NCBI GenBank assembly: GCA_003614675.1
Contig: ML002312.1
Span: forward strand, 1 to 43,292
Length of the DNA: 43,292 nucleotides
Origin: Dimargaris cristalligena
Lineage: Eukaryota
Direction: 5' to 3'
The notes under the pieces were generated by a model. It ran no database searches and had not been told where the DNA came from. It was given only the letters and a program-made list of their open reading frames with translations. The translations under genes were made by a program, and so were the position numbers. Positions 39,430 through 43,292 of the stretch are shown piece by piece. Positions within the stretch are counted from its first letter, which is position 1, and each line of letters starts with the position of its first letter.

Positions 39430-39697
39430 ACCGGTGGACAGTTAAGGGAAGGTGCATTAGATTCACCCCATCCCCTACTGAACCTGATCTATACAGGTAT
39501 TGGCCATCCCCATCTCTCTGACCTATTGATTTATCCAGCCCTTAGTATACACGGTTTACCGTTTATTAAATATAGTCTAAGGTACGGGGGCAATATGCTA
39601 CTCTTAAAACCTACGGAAAGGCCCATCGACTGGATACAATAGGGAGCCCCAGAGGCCAACCGACCAACGCAGATGTCTGGGAAAAGACAGACGTGGA

Positions 39698-40113
39698 CTA
39701 GGCAGATTCTTGCTTGGTTTTCTGCTCCCGCTTTTTGATATCTTCCACCCAGAACGATTCGCCGTGTCTGTTACCCCGAATATCAATCTTGTTCTAAAGA
39801 GGGGAGGAGGGTATGCCAATAAATAAATGTTATATGTATGAGGATATTGTAGGTAGACAGTTAGACATAGGATTCAGAGTTAATCTAATATAGTAGGCCT
39901 GGCTGAAACAAAACTAAAAAGCGAAGGTTCACCACCACTTACGTTGGTCCAGTCGGCGATGAAGTAGCCTAGAATAGGAAGGCCGATGAGGATGGGCAGG
40001 CCGATACGCATGTTCCGGGGAGTGGGGCGGAAATGCTCGTGCAGAGTCTCACGCATGGTCGCCCAGCGTTCGAACGCGGGATCCTTTTTCAGTAGCTCGG
40101 GACCGTGACCCAT
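39698..40113 (-). CDS. NDUFB4: Complex I accessory subunit NDUFB4/B15-like (88 aa)
   Basis: Exons 40113-39943, 39793-39698. KDPAFERWATMRE..HEHFRPTPRN followed by one TM helix and NKIDIRG.RHGES. Confidence 0.85.
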
Positions 40114-40341
40114 GGTGGATGCCGCTTTATAAGAAAGGGTTGTTGATCAAATTGTTATAAAAACAAGAGGTAATGGGAATGTGGGCAGGTCGTCGCTGAA
40201 GACCGTATAATTGGAAAAGGTGAAAAGGATGTGTACAAGTGAAGTGAATTCCGAGAGGGCCCACCCAGCAGCTCCTCAATTGAAACCCCACTACTTCCCA
40301 TTATTACCAGACAAGGGTGCCCATTCGGGAGCTACCCAAAC

Positions 40342-40356
40342 CCAATGGTCACGTGA
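40342..40356. promoter_or_regulatory. Adjacent CCAAT box and E-box (GTCACGTGA) upstream of NDUFB4
   Basis: CCAATGGTCACGTGA about 230 nt upstream of the ATG; motif match only. Confidence 0.35.
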
Positions 40357-41299
40357 AAGTGTGGCACCGCATAGTGCGGGAAGGGGATATCTGGTTTAAT
40401 TGCCTGGTTCTTTTACCGGTTGCGATTCCGTTAACAATGCATAACCCAGCTTTTCCAACCATATTCCTTTATTTAATCTCGTAAAACCAAATATCATTTA
40501 ATATTTTGCCAATTTCCTTGAAGCATTCTACTTTTTATCAGAAAATAGTGGCAAATCCAGACATTCGACAATAATATTTGAAGACTGCTATTCATAGCCC
40601 AATATCTAATTTATCCATCAATCGAAGTATGGCATTGTTTTATAAGCTATTTCTAAACGCCGAGTCACATATTATCCAAATGTTTTGTTCAATATCCCCC
40701 CGGCGAATACAGCCCGCGATTCCACAGTTCCTTATTGTTCCGCTTCTATATAAAGCCCATAGTTCCAGCAAGCTTAGAAGCAGCAAATTGTTAGTTGATG
40801 GTATATCCTGAATAGCCCACTGATCTCTTCACTTCCGTAGTTTATTATCGTCAAGTTCATTATTATTGATTATTTCACAAATATTTCGTCTATAGCATCG
40901 GTTATGGCGTCTGGTATATTCTATTATTTTTCTTTGGATACATATGTATACAATATATATTATTCAGTCCCTTAAACCCCTAGTTGAACCTGCGATGGAC
41001 CCGAATCTTCTGCCGAAAATCTCGACCTCCACCCCCCCATGGTGTATTGCCTGACCTAACCGGTCCAGAGGGTGTTGACACGACAATAATGATAGTTTCC
41101 ACCTAAGCCACACCTTACACTCGCCAGGTTACCCAACTAATGAACCCGCCCGCTTTACATTTCGGACCAATTGTTGCCGGAGTTTCACTGGGCATTAGCA
41201 AAGCAAATCATTGAATGATAAACCACCGCTGGAAAGGTAGCCTGTCTTGCCGATTGAAAGTCGATGGGCGTTAGGATTGATCAGCCCATGCTGCTGTCC

Positions 41300-42620
41300 A
41301 AGTTCAGATAACCATTAGGCACTCTAGAATGGCCCTCACACTGCCATAGTTGATGAAAGGACCCCATTAGGAACACCTCAGGTTACACGGCTTGTGGCGA
41401 GGTGACCTTGGTTGGTGACCACTGCGCGTATGCTAGACCAATCTACATGGAGTGGCGAACAGGGCCTTTGTTTAAAGCCTAGCGGAAAAGTTGGTTGCCA
41501 GAAACGTGGAAAGGAAAACAGTTTGGGTATGGTACAGACTCGGCTGTGAAACACCAACCGGCATGGAAGAGGGATCAGTTGGCCTTTCTTTTTTTTTAAA
41601 AAAAAATCATCCGTAGTTTTATGGTGATAGTCATTGCTCAACAAGACCTACGAAATTGGATTGTGCTATTGTGCCACCGACTGTAGCAACAGGGGTGGCT
41701 TTGGGAGTACCATAAGGCGCTGATGGCATACTGCTCAACCCAACAGGGGGAGTCAAGTATAATGGCAGTGGCCAAATGCTTGACTTCTGCTGTAATCAAG
41801 CCCAATGCCTTGGCCAGTTGACACATTGTGGCATATTCCGCGCCGGCTTTTGGTAGCTTGGGCTCGTATTTGTTGCACGGACGACTGGAAAAGGGGATAG
41901 GTCCCTCTCCACCTTCGAAAAAGGGGTAGAGCGGAACTTCGTTACACATGGGGTAGGGAGGGTTGTTAATGCACATGGGGAGGGTGGTCACTATATTCAG
42001 GGAAGATAGGGTCCTTAGGCGCATTTAGGGAACTTCAAACCCCCCTCTCCAGAGAACATATAACGAGAATAAATGAATATATTGTTGTAGTGAAATACAA
42101 AACCCCCCCCCCTCCGTCGTAAAACCATGCCAAGTGTAGGTTCTTATTGGATATTCACCGGTGCCACCTTGTAATGTCTTGTTAGTGGGAAAGGGCGCCC
42201 ACGTACCTAGTTATAGGACTGTGAACAGTTAAACTCGTGGAGAAATACCGGGCCCTGTAGCGCTATGTAGAGCTTGCTGGGTTTTTAAAATGATGGACAC
42301 TGTTGTATTAATATTGCACCACATATGACCGCAGTGGTATTCTAGTATATATATATATATATATGTAGTACCCATTCTAACACTTAGGTATCCTCATTTT
42401 CTGACTCTTGTACTATACCCACCGCCCTTCTTGTGGTAATAGATGGGGGAAGGCCAAAACCGCGGATAAGTTCCATTCGGAGGAGCAGAAAAGGGACTAT
42501 TTTTACATGTACAATTTATTATCCTAATTGGCGTCATCCTATTAAGATAGGCTGCAAATAGTTTGTTTTGCGGAAATTGCAATAGTGAGCGGCCTAAGAT
42601 ATACTTTCTTTTAATAATAG
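41300..42620 (-). mobile_element. Internally deleted, degenerate Ty3/Gypsy pol relic (PR-RT-RH-IN order)
   Basis: Minus-strand fragments in Gypsy order: YILGRSLL (protease end), WPSPIYYHKKGGG (RT start), GLKFPKC (RT), GPIPFSSRPCNKYE...SRWH..IQFR (RNase H), GQLIPLP...FH (integrase entry). Confidence 0.55.
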
Positions 42621-43292
42621 ACACTTTAAAGAGTTCAAACTGACTCCCAGAATAAACTGGTGTTCGTAAAATGGTATGTGGTGAGCTCCCAATTCAGTCG
42701 AAATTGTTTGGAGACTATGCGCTGCGATTACTTAATTCAGTGGATATTAGTGTTGTTAATTTGGGACTAATATAATATTATACCGTGTAGTGATTAGTAA
42801 TATAGAATACACAGTGAAAAAAATGAAGAAAATCTGTCGGTTTAGTTAGCCCCTCCTTCCATGTTACCCAGTATTTCTGAACCCCCCCCCCCCCCCGATA
42901 CCTGTCTAATATTTACCAGATTTATACCACGAATCCTGCTATATCTTGCGTTTTTATGAGACATTTATTTTCTTTATGTGTCCATAATATTTCATCAGAA
43001 GGTGGTGTCGAATTTGACTGCCTAGATGTATTGGTTGAAAATAATATCGGTGGTCCCCGCTGTCATTTTTTCTTATTGATATTTTACCAAAGTAGTATTT
43101 TACATGGGTTTTGTATTTTACGGCTGTTGTGGTCGCAATTAATACCACAAGGTAATATAGCCTGATAACCTTATCAGGACCAACTGGAGCAGTCTTGGTC
43201 TAGTGGGGAAAAACTACCTAACTAAGGAAACGCGCACTCGGCGGGGACAATTCTTATCTGATCTTCAGATAGGGACAACTAGGGCAATCGGG

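Noticed and set aside
16911-41061. 11-mer CTGACCTAACC at 16911, 31833 and 41051
   Set aside because: A rough estimate gives about one such triple 11-mer by chance in 43 kb; no shared positional context

Overview
Intron-containing eukaryotic genomic DNA, most likely from an early-diverging (non-Dikarya) fungus. This is an inference from fungal-type splice signals and proteins together with Ral, malonyl-CoA decarboxylase, RBM42 and SAP18. Manual splicing supports 13 protein-coding genes: a YAK1/DYRK kinase (3' end off-window), malonyl-CoA decarboxylase (10 exons, one GC-AG intron), a SETD6/Rkm-like SET methyltransferase, a Ral-type GTPase, a bZIP factor, a 69-aa membrane microprotein, uS8/RPS22, a small secreted protein, a divergent HSF-domain factor, SAP18, a 96-aa 3-exon membrane protein missed by the ORF track, RBM42 and NDUFB4. 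Gene-poor stretches carry heavily decayed Ty3/Gypsy pol relics. The most notable unexplained signals are (i) a ~320-nt minus-strand segment (17282-17604) between a TATA box and a poly(A)/T-rich end, which folds by eye into a nested rod with paired ends and strand-specific G-U pairs and matches no ncRNA family I recognise, and (ii) a highly structured 5'-UTR intron in the RPS22 gene. All folding and family assignments were done by eye; no search or folding program was run.
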